From Catajapyx aquilonaris (taxonomy: Eukaryota), in NCBI GenBank assembly GCA_000934665.2, contig KZ538521.1, positions 1 to 64,000 of the forward strand: a stretch of DNA of 64,000 nt, given 5' to 3'. The notes under the pieces were generated by a model. That model had not been told where the DNA came from. It saw only the letters and a list, made by a program, of their open reading frames with translations, and did not search any database. A program made the translations under genes and the position numbers. How positions within the stretch are numbered: position 1 is the stretch's first letter; each line of letters starts with the position of its first letter. Positions 26,077 to 39,530 of this stretch are shown here, in pieces.

Positions 26077-27673
26077 CTGAAAGTGCAATCATCAGCTTAT
26101 TCATTCTCTCAGAGTCACTTGAGAAGGGTAGTAAAACTTCTCTCCCCCCCCCCCTCTCCACTCTCTACTGGCCGTCTCCCTTACCACCACACGCTCTGAA
26201 CCGATGCCATCAGTCTAGCTATTAAAGCTCTTGAACCGAGAAGAAGAGCTGTGTTCGGCACTTTTTCCGCTCCCTCCCCCAGTCCCTCCCTTTGCCTCCC
26301 ACCTCTAGAGCGAAATGCCCGGAAATAAAATCCAAGAAACTCCGGTCTACGGTGTCGGCTCGGAAGTGCCATAAATGTGCATCTAGGATATAGCGAGGAC
26401 AATGTATTTTCGCGTTAACACCCTGACTTCGTCTCATACGGACGACTTAAGCTGAGACGGTCCATTCCACAACTGGTTGTCCATTTCCGGGGTTCTCGCA
26501 GATAGAGGGTTAAGCCACCTTTTCTAACGTTATCGTTTTCTGAGGGTCATTGATACGTTTAAGGTATTTCAAGTGCTTCTCAGGTGTTATACCTGATATA
26601 CTCAAATTATTGATAATCAACTGTGCTATAAGGTCGAGTTCGGGCGAGTGTTTCTGGTCCAACATAATTATGCATTTAAAGCTGTTACCGTGCCCACAGC
26701 ATAACTTCTCAAAAGGGGGATCAGGCGACCCCCCCCCCCTCCACTCCACACCAGACACCCTAAGCGATCTGATTGGTGGAGCAGAGGGTGGGGGGGGGGG
26801 GGNGGGGGGGCCCTCTGCTCCACGACCGATGAGATCGGTGGGTACAGTGCGGTACAAAAGAAATTCTCTTTTGAAACCCTACCGTGTATGCTGGCTTAAC
26901 CACAGAGGTGGTATTTAGGAAATGCGTATTTTTTGAAAAGTTATAGGATGTGGGACGTGGGTACTGCAGGAAAATATGAAAATCTTATCCTGGGTCAATT
27001 AGGTTGCAAATGAGGATTTTAAAAGGCTTTTTCCTATATCTCCCTCTTACCAGACAAAATAATGTTATCAATGTCGTTAGTTTGAGGAAGAACGTATATG
27101 CGAAGATATTGCTAATGACCCGGCGCTGAGGTGGTGCATATTTTTTTATTGAAACTATACTGCTCTATGCAGCCTTAATTTTCTTCTATAAATGCACGGT
27201 TATACAGGTTTGTTCCATCGGAGGAATCACACGAATCATACAGTTATTTTGTATGATCCAAATATATTCCGACAGATTAAATTGATTTGTGCTGCTTCCT
27301 AAAAGCCAGTAGGATGCATTGTACGTTACATAATATTATGAGGGATCCAGATGTAACGCGTACCGTATCAACTAAATAATTTATTATTATCAAAGAAGAC
27401 GAGAGGTTATGTCCTATACTGTAGACAGTAAGCCACTGCTATTATACAATACCGGTATCTGATATACATATGGAACTGCACACCATATGTCACCGTATTG
27501 ATCTAATATTCTGGATAAAGTATACAATGGGCAGCGATATAACTGTAGCAAGGTAGGATTAAGGATATTCACTGTATATGCAGTATACTGTGCTCAGAAA
27601 TCCGCCGGATTATTGAATAATACTGACCTGATTTGCATTCTGAAACACTCTAAATCACATAGTCGGCCTAACA

Positions 27674-27786
27674 ACGTATAAAGGCTCCAATGTACACGAC
27701 AAAAATAAATATAAAGGTCCGTGCTACATACCTCTGATGAGGTCAGCACTACCCCGGATATTATATTATTATATTATATATTATTA
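27674..27786 (+). mobile_element. 5'-truncated 3' end of SINE family B (or its partner LINE)
   Basis: acgtataaagg…ataaaggtccgtgctacatacctctgatgaggtcagcactaccccgga plus an AT-rich tail matches the 3' end of the 37740-38089 copy. Confidence 0.75.
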
Positions 27787-27816
27787 TGCTGCTTTCTGAC
27801 AGAGTCGAAGAAAGGA

Positions 27817-28041
27817 CTGCCGTCAGATGTGAGAGGACAGTAACTCAATATCCACTTCCCTTGCGGCGAGAAAAGAAAGCAAGTGTTACCGAAAGCATCC
27901 AAGAGGTGGCGTTGGGGGAAGGGGGAAAAAAAGGAACGGTATCCCAACTCCAAATGTTGGGTGCTTTTGGTACCGCTGCTTTTTTTCTCGCCGCAAGGGG
28001 AAGTGGACATTGAGTTACGGTCTTCTCATATCTGACGGCAG
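27817..28041. repeat. Fold-back element (MITE-like), ~85-bp inverted arms
   Basis: ctgccgtcagatgtgagaggacagtaactcaatatccacttcccttgcggcgagaaaa… is mirrored by …ttttctcgccgcaaggggaagtggacattgagttacggtcttctcatatctgacggcag. Confidence 0.85.
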
Positions 28042-31000
28042 AGGAGATGTTCATTTTTTATACCTCGCTACTAAGTCCTTAGGGGCCATTTAGCCTACCA
28101 GTATTTCGAGGTTCGAGCAGAGTGCATAACTCTGAATTCTAATGCATTTACATTTCGCCATCTTCCATTTTTAGCCGTACAATATGCAGCTAATCGGATA
28201 TTTTTTATTTACATTTTTGCAAAATATTATTAGGTGGCCTTTAAAATATCAGTTTGGCCCGAGGCGCAGACAGCTGTGGGAGTTTAAAATTACTGCAGCA
28301 TTTCAGCATTTGATAACTTCCTTAAGCATCAGACAGATATTGATCTCATCCGTCATTTCGAAAACCGAAATATAAGCTCAACAATAAAGCATGTCAGAAT
28401 CTTTGCTCAAAAAGCCCCACAAGACAACCCAGTTTACTTCTAACTTTTGTCACTGAGTTATGCTTAGCTAGCGTCATAGATTGTGACAATTTATTTCTGC
28501 TTGATTTCTGCTATTTTTTCACCCCCTTTCCTTAGCCGACACTGAGCAAACCGTGATTGATCAGCGTCTCACCCCCACCCAACTTTTGCTGGCTGCCGCT
28601 CACTCCCAGGAGCAAAGTTAGGCCCAAAGTTCTCCCACATTATATATTCAAATCTGACCGTAGACAACAAAGTTTGTTACGAGCCAAAGGACGTCTGTTG
28701 CAAACATTCAAGCAAGTTCTGGAGGATAGAAGCGATTTCGCAACTAGCAAAATGACTTGCAACTAAAGACTTTTCTTCCTGGTCGTAAACCGTAGGGTGT
28801 TCCCTACGGAACTGAAAATGCGAGATGCTACAATGCGTGGTAAGTTATGTATTATGCCTCTCTCCCTCTCTACCAGTCTCCAGGCTAGCCCTCTCAGCCG
28901 GATGAAGAAATATAATGGTTTTGATGGTACTTCAAAAGGATGACCGCGAACAAGGGTTTGCAATTACCAGCACATCGTGCTTTTATACATCTGGAAGGCA
29001 GAACAGAGCTAGCTATCTAAAGCTGGTGGTGGAAGAAGGAAGCACTTATCTTGGATTCTCTTCTTGGATGGCAGAGAGCTGCTATACACAGGAGGTACAG
29101 AAGTGGAGCTCAACTAAATTGATTTTTGAACCGTCCGTGTGTGAAATTCGGGAAGTTTTCGATCTATAATTGCGGCGTTAGTCTATTGCACCAGTTATAT
29201 CAGTAGATATGTAAAGATATCCATTTCAAGACATCTAGGTAGTGTATTAATTAATTTACAGGCCAAGTAAATAACTCCCATCATGTACACGTACTGTACA
29301 GATCGAACTAAACTAAACTGTCAAATTGAACTGGGTTTTAAAAATCCATAATAAATGTATAAAACGGAGGCAAATATGAAAATAAATAAGGTGTATAAAT
29401 AACAATATAATTACGTTAAAAACTAATTATGCGCTTGGACTATATAATATAGTTTGCAAAAAGTAGTTTAAAAAAAAGTAAGCTGCAAAAATTAATTACC
29501 AAATTATACCATTTTTGACACGTTCCCAACAATCATTTTATTTTTGTTATAAAGCTTCATGTGAACCTGTATGAAACCTGCGTGGATTGTCACCTAAATC
29601 TAGGCATACTTTGTAGCCTACTCGTAGTCACAGAACCGTCGACTGTACATGACCCGATCAATCACGGGGCCTATGGCAATAAATACTTTTCCCATGTTTT
29701 TGATCACGGTACGCCCACGGAGACGGTGAGAAAGCGCCTTCAATATAATCCTCTCAGAGGCAATTAATCATGCTACGTGTCAAGTCCTTTCCCAATTCCG
29801 CCACCAGGAATTCTGCCCGCGTTTCCTCATCTCAAAGGAGGCGACCAGTTATTCAAGAATGTATAAGTGAAGACGCAACCCTCTTAATTACAAAGTGCGA
29901 ATATGCACCCAATTTATGGAATAGCTAAGAGGAAAACTAGGAATCGATACCTTCTCGATGGATAGACCGACATGTTAATTGCTTCGGCTTTTCATTTACC
30001 TCTGAAGTCTGATTATTGCCTAATATTTCGTGAATTCCGCGATCATATTTAGTAAGTAATAAGAGTAAGAAGTAAGCTATGGAATATTTTGCATTCAGCT
30101 TGCATTGAGAACTACTTCACTTTTTCTCCCAAAAATTGCACCCAATATTTTTGGGTAAAATTTTCCATTTAACAGACTGTGTAAAACGAAATGCCTATTT
30201 TTTATATTGATTTTATTTAATATTTTACTGGGATTGATGGAAGAACTGCTTCAAAAATATACAGATATCCTCATTTGGAGAACATTTGCATTCAAAAGGA
30301 TTAGATGGTGTTTCAATTGAGGAAAGAGTAAGATCCACTCATATTGAGCAGAAAAATACTCCAACATAATTATTTACTGTTATTTAAAACCCCAGTGAGA
30401 TGCCATCTATACTCTATAAGCTATCAGTTTTCAAACATACAGTCGACTAGCTTTCCTGCTGTTCAGACACCAGGTACAAAGAACAATGAGGTGAACAGAT
30501 CACTTGTCAACAACATGACTTCCTGCGTGACACTGTACCACAGTACAGTATTTTGCAAACTCTAGCAAAGCCCATATTTTGAGCTACATGTTCCTATAAT
30601 AAGAGGCCATACGCAAGTATAACACCTGTCAGTGTTACTGACGTAGCGGTAGTAGAAAGTCAATGTACTATATAGTGCACAAAGTAGGTTACGGAGTAAG
30701 TGATACAGCATACTGTAATACAGGTCAGAAACCCCATGAGAAATTCAATAACAGTCAGGATAGTAGCATTAATTTTTACAGAAACAAAACCCCTGGCTTG
30801 TTGCCACAGCATTGCTTCTTTGTTGGTATCCCAATATCAGATTTAATCCAGCCTTTTGCTTCAACATGCTGCAGATCATTTGAATTTGGCATATATAAAA
30901 TGTGCTAAATTCAGCCCATTACTTTTCAATTACGAACCTGCGAAGGACAAAGTGTAAAATCAAATTTTCCATATGAGAACATTTGACAAGCCAGCTCTTC

Positions 31001-31160
31001 ACTTCTCAAAAAAAAATTCTAACCGAATGCCCTTCTACCCCGTTGTTATTTTATAGGCCACTGGTTTACGAAATAGCTGCAGTTGACGTTATCGAATCAG
31101 GCATCCGATGATCGTTCCGGGCAGCCGTCCAACGCAAACAACGTGGGATACATTACTCAC

Positions 31161-31299
31161 CTCTTCCCACACCATCTGACGTCCCATCCTAGGCTTTAGA
31201 TTCATGATCTTCAGCTCCACTCCCTTCAGCGTCCCGTCAGGGTTGAATTCCAGGTTGGGCTTCCCATATTCCATATCCACACTCACGTTCCTCAGGTAC
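31161..31299 (-). CDS. Nmdar2: NMDA receptor subunit 2 exon (end of ATD)
   Basis: ttttaaag|G…GAG|gtgagt, 139 nt, phase 2 to 0. YLRNVSVDMEYGKPNLEFNPDGTLKGVELKIMNLKPRMGRQMVWEE. Confidence 0.95.
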
Positions 31300-34200
31300 C
31301 TTTAAAAAAAACAGAATTTGTTTTGTATTATTGAAGTGTGGACCAAGGTAGGGGTTGTTGACCAGCCAGCTATTTCCAGACCTGTTGTCTGCTGCGTTTG
31401 ATCTGCCATTTTTCAGCGGAGAGTGCGCCTGACGTGTGATTTTACCAAGTTTTTCATTCACTGCTGGGCAATGGTTGTGGGCTTGCAGTGCAAATATATT
31501 ACGCGAGAGCGACTGTTATAAATGGATTTGTCTACCTGACATTTTTGTCAAATTGAACTAACAGTGGAAGGCATGCCTTCAGTTCGGACATAAATCAGAT
31601 TTGTAATGTAACAGCCAATTTTGTGCTCGAATGGAGCTATTTCAGCATAGAGCTAGCCTCGTAGCGCCATTGCAATAAAGTGGAGTTTTTCTACTCATTT
31701 TAAGCAAGATGTATTTTGTAGGCAGACGCGCGTGAGCCTCTTACTATATGTGGTGTAATAGGGATGCCTTGCCCCTGTGGGGAACATTGACCATTTTATT
31801 AGGGGCATGCATCAGTGCCGATTTGAAAGAAAACAAACCGCACTGTTATTCAAATTTGAGGCTTACGATGGCATTCCGTGGGTTGTATACATAATTCAGT
31901 ACTACTCACACAATGACTCCAGTATACATATCGCCCTAATATAGGCCAACATTCCCTTGGCGGTCATGTAAGCTTATTTCTAAAGTACAGTACACACGTG
32001 AGCGTGTGAGGTATAACTACCCTAATATAGCAATATTTTGCGTATGTCTTAAGCCGCAGGAACTTATACCTGGTATACTTTGTTCTGTTGTAATGAGGAC
32101 AATTCAGATTCAAGTGCAATGTAAGCATTTCACAGGTCCTGTTAAATTTTGAATAAAGATGTCACTCTAGTTTCGTGAAAAATGCATGGGTGAAGATGTC
32201 CAATACTTTATAATTAAATCAATCAATATTGAATTTGTGGCTTACACAGTATTTTGCAGTGTAATAGGTGCCATAAGCTGTAACGGACCTTTGTCATTGC
32301 ACATGACGAACATGTACCACTTGTTAAGCTAAAACTGGATTAATAAAATTGTTAATTTGACCAGTGAATGCAAAAAGAATCCCGTGTTTGTGACATTTTC
32401 GTCATTTCCACTCAAGTGGCACGTGTACATTAAAAGAATTTTTAAATTTTAATGGCCCAACCGATCAAAAGCCCAAACTGTCCAAATCAGTAAATTGCAC
32501 CATACGGTTCCCCTGACTATTGTGTCGATGCGGAAATCTCACCATATATTCGGGTGGCCTTTACGGACCTGTTCCACGAAGTCAAATGCCTGGCATGGCT
32601 CATTGCCATGTGCGAAAAAAAATCCTTCGTACCCACCCATTTCTGTGACTGGACTTGAGCTTTTGTTCTATTGGGCCATTAATTTGTTTTATATGCGGTA
32701 TTTCCAAAAAGAAAAAATAACATCTTTGTTAGCGAGCTCCATTAGATTGCTCCAGGTAGAAACTGTGCGCTATCTAACCGAATTTTGCAGTAGACACGTA
32801 ACATTGAATTTCCGAAATTATGGAGGAAAGTGACTGTTCAAATATATAATTTTGAGCCGACTTGAAATATTTGAGGGGAATATGGTCTCTTATATTGGAT
32901 ACCGTAATATTTACTATCCCTATTCATATTATTTTACAAGCTCTAAATACTCATTTAGTGTCATAATTAGTGTAAAGTGGCTTTAGAAAAGATTAAAATA
33001 TTCTTCGACATTATGAATTCCGTGTGAAGGGCATTCAACGCACCACAAAGTACAAATTGCTGCTGAAACCCATCAAGTTTCCCAAATCCGCGTGGAGTAG
33101 CCCCAATACTCATTTTATTGCGTATCACTTTAGAGTGCAATCAGTACTGTACATACACTAAAAGTAGCCCACTGATTAATTACTTGCAGCCTCGTACAGT
33201 ACCCGGTGTAAAACGGATTTGCTATCAATTCCACACTTATTAAAACATGACTGGACCATCACTTTCAAAAGAACTTCGTCTCGTCAAATGTCACAAAATG
33301 CGATGCCTTTACACCATGTAAATATTTGAAAAGGCCATGCCATTCGAGCAAACAGTCTCGTACCTAAAAAAAAACTCCGTGTAACGAAGTAGGCGCATGA
33401 CTATACTTGTGTGCTACAGACACATTTGGGTTGAGAGTTTCAACATTTAGCACAGAAGTGAATAATCACACCGGCACAAAAATATCCTATAGAAAAGACG
33501 CATGACCAGAGTGAAGGCAGCTCTTTTGCCAAAATGTGGGCAAAATCTCCCTGGTGGTTTAGTCTCATGTCCTGCAAGGATGAGCCAAGGAGAAAAGCCC
33601 TTTCGATCCGGGAACGTGCTCACCCAGCCCGTCACGGAGATTCGTCCCCTCCACCCTACCCATCCCCATCCCCAAAAAACGGACAAGGACACCCATATAT
33701 GAACGGCGCCAACCCCCCTGTGCTCTAGGCCCCACCACTCCCCTCCCACCTAACTAAGTCTGGCAGGTATTTTGCTCCATTCTCTGCCCAAATTACATTA
33801 CTGCCAGTGGCAGGCCCGCCCCGATGCCAGGGACCCATCGTCGCAGATTTTTTCACATTTTCACCCGCGCGTGGGAATTCCGAAAATGACGTGACGTACA
33901 CTAAAGTCGAGGCGGAAAATGCCTCCAATCCCTTCAAGTGCACCGTGTCTGGCGGGTGCACTGGGCCGAGGTGGTTGGACAAATTCAAACGGGGATGGGA
34001 AAAAAAAAGCCGTTATGTTATTTCGTGCAATGCAAATAGCTGGTGTTGAGTGGAATCGTGTTTACAAGGCGCTAATTGTGGGCTCGACACCGGGGTCTAA
34101 ATGGAGGCAGGGCCTTTGGGCAGTGTTTTACACTTGGTATAGGCTTTTCTCAGGTTGTGGAGTAGGCCAAGCGGTAATATCATCTAACAGGGTTGTTATT

Positions 34201-36758
34201 ACTAGGCATGGCGCGTACTTGATTTGAATTTATGAGAAGATGTTTGCGAAGTGAGATAGGTTCCTTTTTCTTTCAATGTGGTGTAGAATTTAGTAGACCT
34301 ATAGGTAAATACCGTACCGATGCGATGTGAGAAGTGTGGTATGACGCAGAAGGATGCTGAATATTTATTGTGATACTATGACTTCCGCTGGACTTGATGG
34401 ATCAGAGAGATCCAGTGCAATCAAGTAAATACCACTTGATTTAATGTGACTGTAAATCTGTTATTCTGAACAATATTCCGTTTCCCAAGTGCATAACGCA
34501 CTATTATGGATCTCAAATATCTAAACTTTTGCATGAAAACAGTCAGGTCGTAGTTTCACATATTCTCGTATGTTTTACTAAGCCTTCGTGATTCAAGTAG
34601 GGGAATATTCTACAGTATATAAGATGAGAGGTTATTGTACGTTTGAGAAAACTTTCCCAAGTGAGCAGGTATTAATAAAATGGAGGCACATTCAGCTTCG
34701 CCTAACTTTTTCTATTCAGAATCTTTAAAAATGAAGAGCTCCTATGCTAAACATTCAGGTTTCTAAGAACGAACTTCATTTGCATCTCCAGAAAGGTCGG
34801 CAATATAGCGGTCGTTAACATCTAAAGCGTGTATTTAGACAATATTAGGCTAAAAGCCGTAGCTACCTTTGTAAAATTGCGTGTAGACCTGTAGGGCCCC
34901 TACCATGGGATCAATTGATGCCACGTTTCCATGTTCTGCGCATATATATGCCCCTCGTAAAAAAACAGACAATGTGCGAAGAAACCAACCTCATCTCAGA
35001 AAACTTTCCAATGCCCTTGCAACATTACCTAACTTTTTTTTGTCTCCAGGTCTGGAGAGAGTAGTGAAAAGGCGCCTTATTACTATAAATTGTTCCGGCT
35101 CTCCACAGGCGGCTTAATAAACACAAGATGCACAAGCAAGCCACACTGTACTCTATTCCAAAAAGGTCAAAAGGGCGGGTACTGTAAACAAGAAATAGAT
35201 ACCATAATGCTCAGAGGGTTGGGGCGAATCGCCAGAAAACTCTGCATGGTTGGAAGGCCTGCTAGGTTCATGTGCGGTAAGTGTATCTAACTGTATGAAA
35301 GAGTAATTATATTTAAATTCAAGATGGTAAAACTCATAGAAATTACAGGAAGACACCTGTACTGACTTCCATTTTCAAGACGTACTTTTTACTAAAAATT
35401 GTCTCGAAAAACAGCTACAGAAAGTAATTGCCAATTTTTTTATAGTAAGCAGTGGCAAATGAATCGTGTAGTTTTAATTCCATGAGGCAAACTACTTCAC
35501 AATAAGTGGCTCTACTCATTGCTGCTGGGTTGCGATTTCTCCTGTGCAGTTAATTGGATTGAAGGGGCCTGTAACAACAGGATAAAGAGGAAATCATATA
35601 ACGAATTTTGAGTTTAATTGACCCACCACCTTAATTTACTCAGATCGTGGAACACAAGCAATGAGTCCTTTCGATCTAGTTATTTTGAGGGGTATGCCCT
35701 GAACAGCCGCAGCAGCTTGTTGAGCTGTGCGGCCCAAATTTTGTAAAATGTATTTGAAGAGTGGGAATCTAACTAAGCTACAGGGTGTGAGCATGATGTG
35801 AACATAAAAATAATCCTCATTACAGAACTGAGAATGTAAACCACTGGCTTCTCTGGCACATTTGTACGGGATGCTACAGATTGGAGAAAATGGTCTGCAG
35901 CACATGACTGGAAACTACTGCAATATCACTTTTGAAGTTCACTCTCAGCAGTTCAATTGTCCTTGGTATGTAAGTGTAGCCTACACACTTTCTTTTCAGA
36001 TGACCCAGTAGGGATAGTCTGCAGTGTCAGGGTGGTTTTCTGGATCCTCCATTCCAATTTACCCTGTTTTCAAGAAAGTTCATATATCGAACAGGCTGAC
36101 TTGCTCGGAGATCGGCCGGGGTGTCCACTCGAGTGGTCTGCATCAGACCGAACTCGCATTTCTGGACCTAACGGGGTGATATGGCGAAGCCTTACCCCTC
36201 CCTTGGATTGGCTCCGGCGTTGCAGCAGGGCCACCTGGTTGCAGTGAGGCCTGGACTAGCCTTTTCCCCCCCACTCGCACTCCCGTAACCCACCCTAATC
36301 TTGCCATCCCAACTCCCCCCCCCCCCCNTATTACCCTCGGCTGACAAGGCTAGCTATAGGTATACCCTGTAACCAAAACCCAAAACCCAAAACTTCCTTT
36401 CTTTGCGCTTGTAATTACAACGGTTGTTGGGAAAACAAAGGCCGCTGAGGCTTCGCCTCGCTTCCGAATAACAATAATAACACGGAAAAGTAGGGCAATG
36501 GGGTTGACCCCGTCTGGGTCAACGCCATGACGCCGAAGTCACCGTCGCATCGGGGAATCAAAGGATGGCCCATCAAGGCTATCCATTCCATCAGAGCAAA
36601 GATGTCAGATATTACCAAGAGTGATAATATGACTCTTCTGTAATATTTTACACTCTCAAGCCAATAATACCTTCAGTTTCCTGAATATTCGCGGTTAATC
36701 TAGTTGACGTTTGCACAATTTACGATATAAAGATTGAAATAAAGTTGAATAGGCTCAC

Positions 36759-36942
36759 CTGATGAATCTCTCTCCGACCTTCCATCTGGTATCACCTGAC
36801 CCCTCGCATGACAGATGTGTGGTGAGGCTGAGGTTGGCATTGTGTGAATCACTTAGAAACAGTTCCACTCCATGAGCGAATACCTTGATGGCCGTGGAAA
36901 TTTCCGATGTTAAGCTGGACGCTTGCGTATCAAAATGGACAC
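36759..36942 (-). CDS. Nmdar2: NMDA receptor subunit 2 exon (ATD), not called in the ORF track
   Basis: ttccag|GT…ATC AG|gtgagc, 184 nt, phase 1 to 2. VHFDTQASSLTSEISTAIKVFAHGVELFLSDSHNANLSLTTHLSCEGSGDTRWKVGERFI(R). Confidence 0.94.
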
Positions 36943-37170
36943 CTGGAAAGAAAGCAGAACAAAACCACAGAAATCAAAATAATGGTTCTAATAAAGGGAT
37001 GAAATTGTTAATCTACGTATAATAAGATGCCATGGAGTATGAAAAGAAATAAGTTGACACAATGGCATCCAATAGAGACGAAGTCTGGGAAGCAGATATT
37101 CTTTAAAGTGCTCAAGCTTTATTGACGTCACTGAGGGTAATAGAAAGGCAAAGCTGTGAAAATCGAGGCC

Positions 37171-37173
<3 letters not shown>

Positions 37174-37214
<41 letters not shown>
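37174..37214. repeat. (CT)n microsatellite
   Basis: Directly visible. Confidence 0.97.
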
Positions 37215-37216
<2 letters not shown>

Positions 37217-37739
37217 ATGCTCGGTGACGTCAATCTGAAACTGCAATGAGCATTAGGAACGGTTAATCAGTGAAATAACGTTATTTCCCACTCGACACTC
37301 CTGATAATTTGGCGAGAGAATTCCAATCTATATAATGGCATTTGATGTTGGCTTCATTAGCTTTATTATGGCGTGTATACTACTCAAAAAAGTCATTAAA
37401 TATATTAATTGCGTTAAGAAATAAGAGCCACCACGATGGCGTTGGCGTATATAGTGGTTTACGCCCTCTGTGATCCTAATAATTGAAATATGATGGTGGA
37501 TATTCTCACCTGAAATATGTTTCGATGGGTTGTCTCTGTTTTCGTGTGTGTTTTGTTCGGGTTCTCCCCTTGTACCCCCTCACAAAACCCATCCTGTTAT
37601 TCTATTGTGTATAACTTTTGACCTACATTATAATGAATCGCAAACACGAAAAATACATTTACTCGTATCATTAGGCTATTATTTTCTCTGCTCAAAATTA
37701 AATACATACTGTACTGACTTTTTCTAATATATACTTATA

Positions 37740-38089
37740 ATAATAATAATAATCCGGGTAGTGCTTGACCTCATCAGAGGTATATAGCACGGACCTTTAT
37801 TTATGTCTCGTACATATATTGGAACCTTTATACGTAACGCCCGGGCCCACGGGCAGGATGACAGGAGGGGATGTGCAAAGTGCAGTGCAATGTCTTTATG
37901 TGGCCATTTTCAGTGAACTCCCCCGGGTGGTTTAGTCAGTAGGAAATACCACCCGAGACGAAGCCAGAGGTGACCCAATGAACTCTGCACGAGATGAAGG
38001 GGGTGTCCCCGGACTGGGATCGAACCCGGGACCTTAACATCCGTGGGCGCATACGTTACCGGCTTACCGCAGCACCACTCCGCCTCCCC
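37740..38089 (-). mobile_element. tRNA-derived SINE, family B
   Basis: Homologous to 19155-19512. 15-bp TSD taatatatacttata (37725-37739, 38092-38106). Confidence 0.9.
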
Positions 38090-38982
38090 TTTAATATATA
38101 CTTATACAAGTACAGTAGGCATACATGAGTAATATGGTCTGCCAATATTACAGGAACGTGCAACGTCAAAGATGAAGTTTCATAAAATAGGCTAGTGTGA
38201 CTTGTTATTATTCAGCTCCTATACTGTATTAGGAATAAAAAGTACAAACAACAATGTGGAATATTGGTTACAGGGACTGAATTTAGGCCTGATGACAATT
38301 TCTCCTAATCAAAATGATAACCAGCGGAGGATGTAATTCCGATCTGTCATGATATTCCAACACAATTAAGTTATAAGAAAAATCGATCTAAGTTAAAGTC
38401 GAAACTCCTCCCGGATGCCAAAATTAATAACGTTTTGTAGGTTTGCGTACCTAAATTTTCTTGACGTTTGCAACAATCTGTAAATGATGGTGGGAATTAT
38501 AATATGAATCATTGCAAAAGGTTCTTTGGTATTTTCCAAAACGTAAAAGTTGCTGTAATTATTGGATGTGACATTAAATGAGAATGCGGTGTATATTATA
38601 CAATATCCCTAGGCAGTATGAAGCCCAGTCGAAATGAAAACAAAGCCAGTTCAAATTACCAATAGGACTACAAGCTTGTCATATTCACAGGGCGTATTCC
38701 CCCTCATTAAGGATCACATGGAAATCCGCAGACCACAATAAAGGGTAAGGTATAATGCTGCATTATCAACACCTCCATTCACTTATTCCACAAAGAAAAA
38801 AAATGTCAATTCACTTGGAGTCGATTTTTTTTTCATGCGCGGTATTTTTATGGTCTCGTTTAAAAGTAACTACAGTGCGGCGATTGGCTATTATATTTAT
38901 AACAATTTAAAATTACTGTATCTACGGTGAGTAGACATTTTGGCAGTATAAACCTTCTACCCATACTGTATAGAGTGTAGAT

Positions 38983-39530
38983 TATAGAGGTGTGTTGCAC
39001 CTTTCAGATATATGGCAACACCGGAACTCCGGGAGTGACCCTCGGCGGGATCAGTCATCGTGGCCCCACGTCCAGATATGATCAGAAGTGTCCTAAGACC
39101 AATTGTGGCGAGTTTTGTGTCTTTATCACTGAATGCAAGATCCTTATTCATATACAGGGTGTCTCAACTTTTTTGTCCGAACAATTATCGGAAATATTGC
39201 ACTAATAAGCTGGTTATTTTTTAGCAGTGACTTGCAACCAGTGATGCTTCCCTGGCTTTATCATGTTGAGGGATGTGCCAGGAATGTTGGGGCATATTCT
39301 GGCTAGATAGCTAGAAGATACATAGGCTTTTCCGATAACTGTTCGGACAAAAAGTTGAGTCACCCAGTATAGAGGTATGTTGCACCTGGTAGATATGGCA
39401 ACCCTGCTAAAGTGACCCCCCCATCCCGGCGGGTCACCCATTGTCGCCCCACGTCCAGATATGATCAGAAAGGTCAAAATAACAAATGTACTGATGAGTT
39501 TCATACATTTATCACAAAATTCAAAGTTCA
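38983..39530 (+). repeat. Two diverged ~165-bp direct repeat units separated by a MITE
   Basis: tatagaggtgtgttgcacct…gccccacgtccagatatgatcagaa…tttatcac at ~38983-39143 and again at ~39368-39530. Confidence 0.75.
39155..39367. mobile_element. TA-flanked Tc1/mariner-like MITE
   Basis: TA|CAGGGTGTCTCAACTTTTTTGTCCGAACAATTATCGGAAA…TTTCCGATAACTGTTCGGACAAAAAGTTGAGTCACCCAG|TA. Confidence 0.85.

Noticed and set aside
27734..27760. CTGATGAG as a hammerhead ribozyme core in the SINE-B tail
   Set aside because: No downstream GAAA. The motif is simply the loop of the ACCTC/GAGGT hairpin and is not conserved in the 19155 copy.
36100..36330. GC-rich stretch with ATGGCGAA resembling an HDV-like ribozyme J4/2
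   Set aside because: I could not build the P1/P2/P3 nested pseudoknot. It is more likely a degraded repeat.
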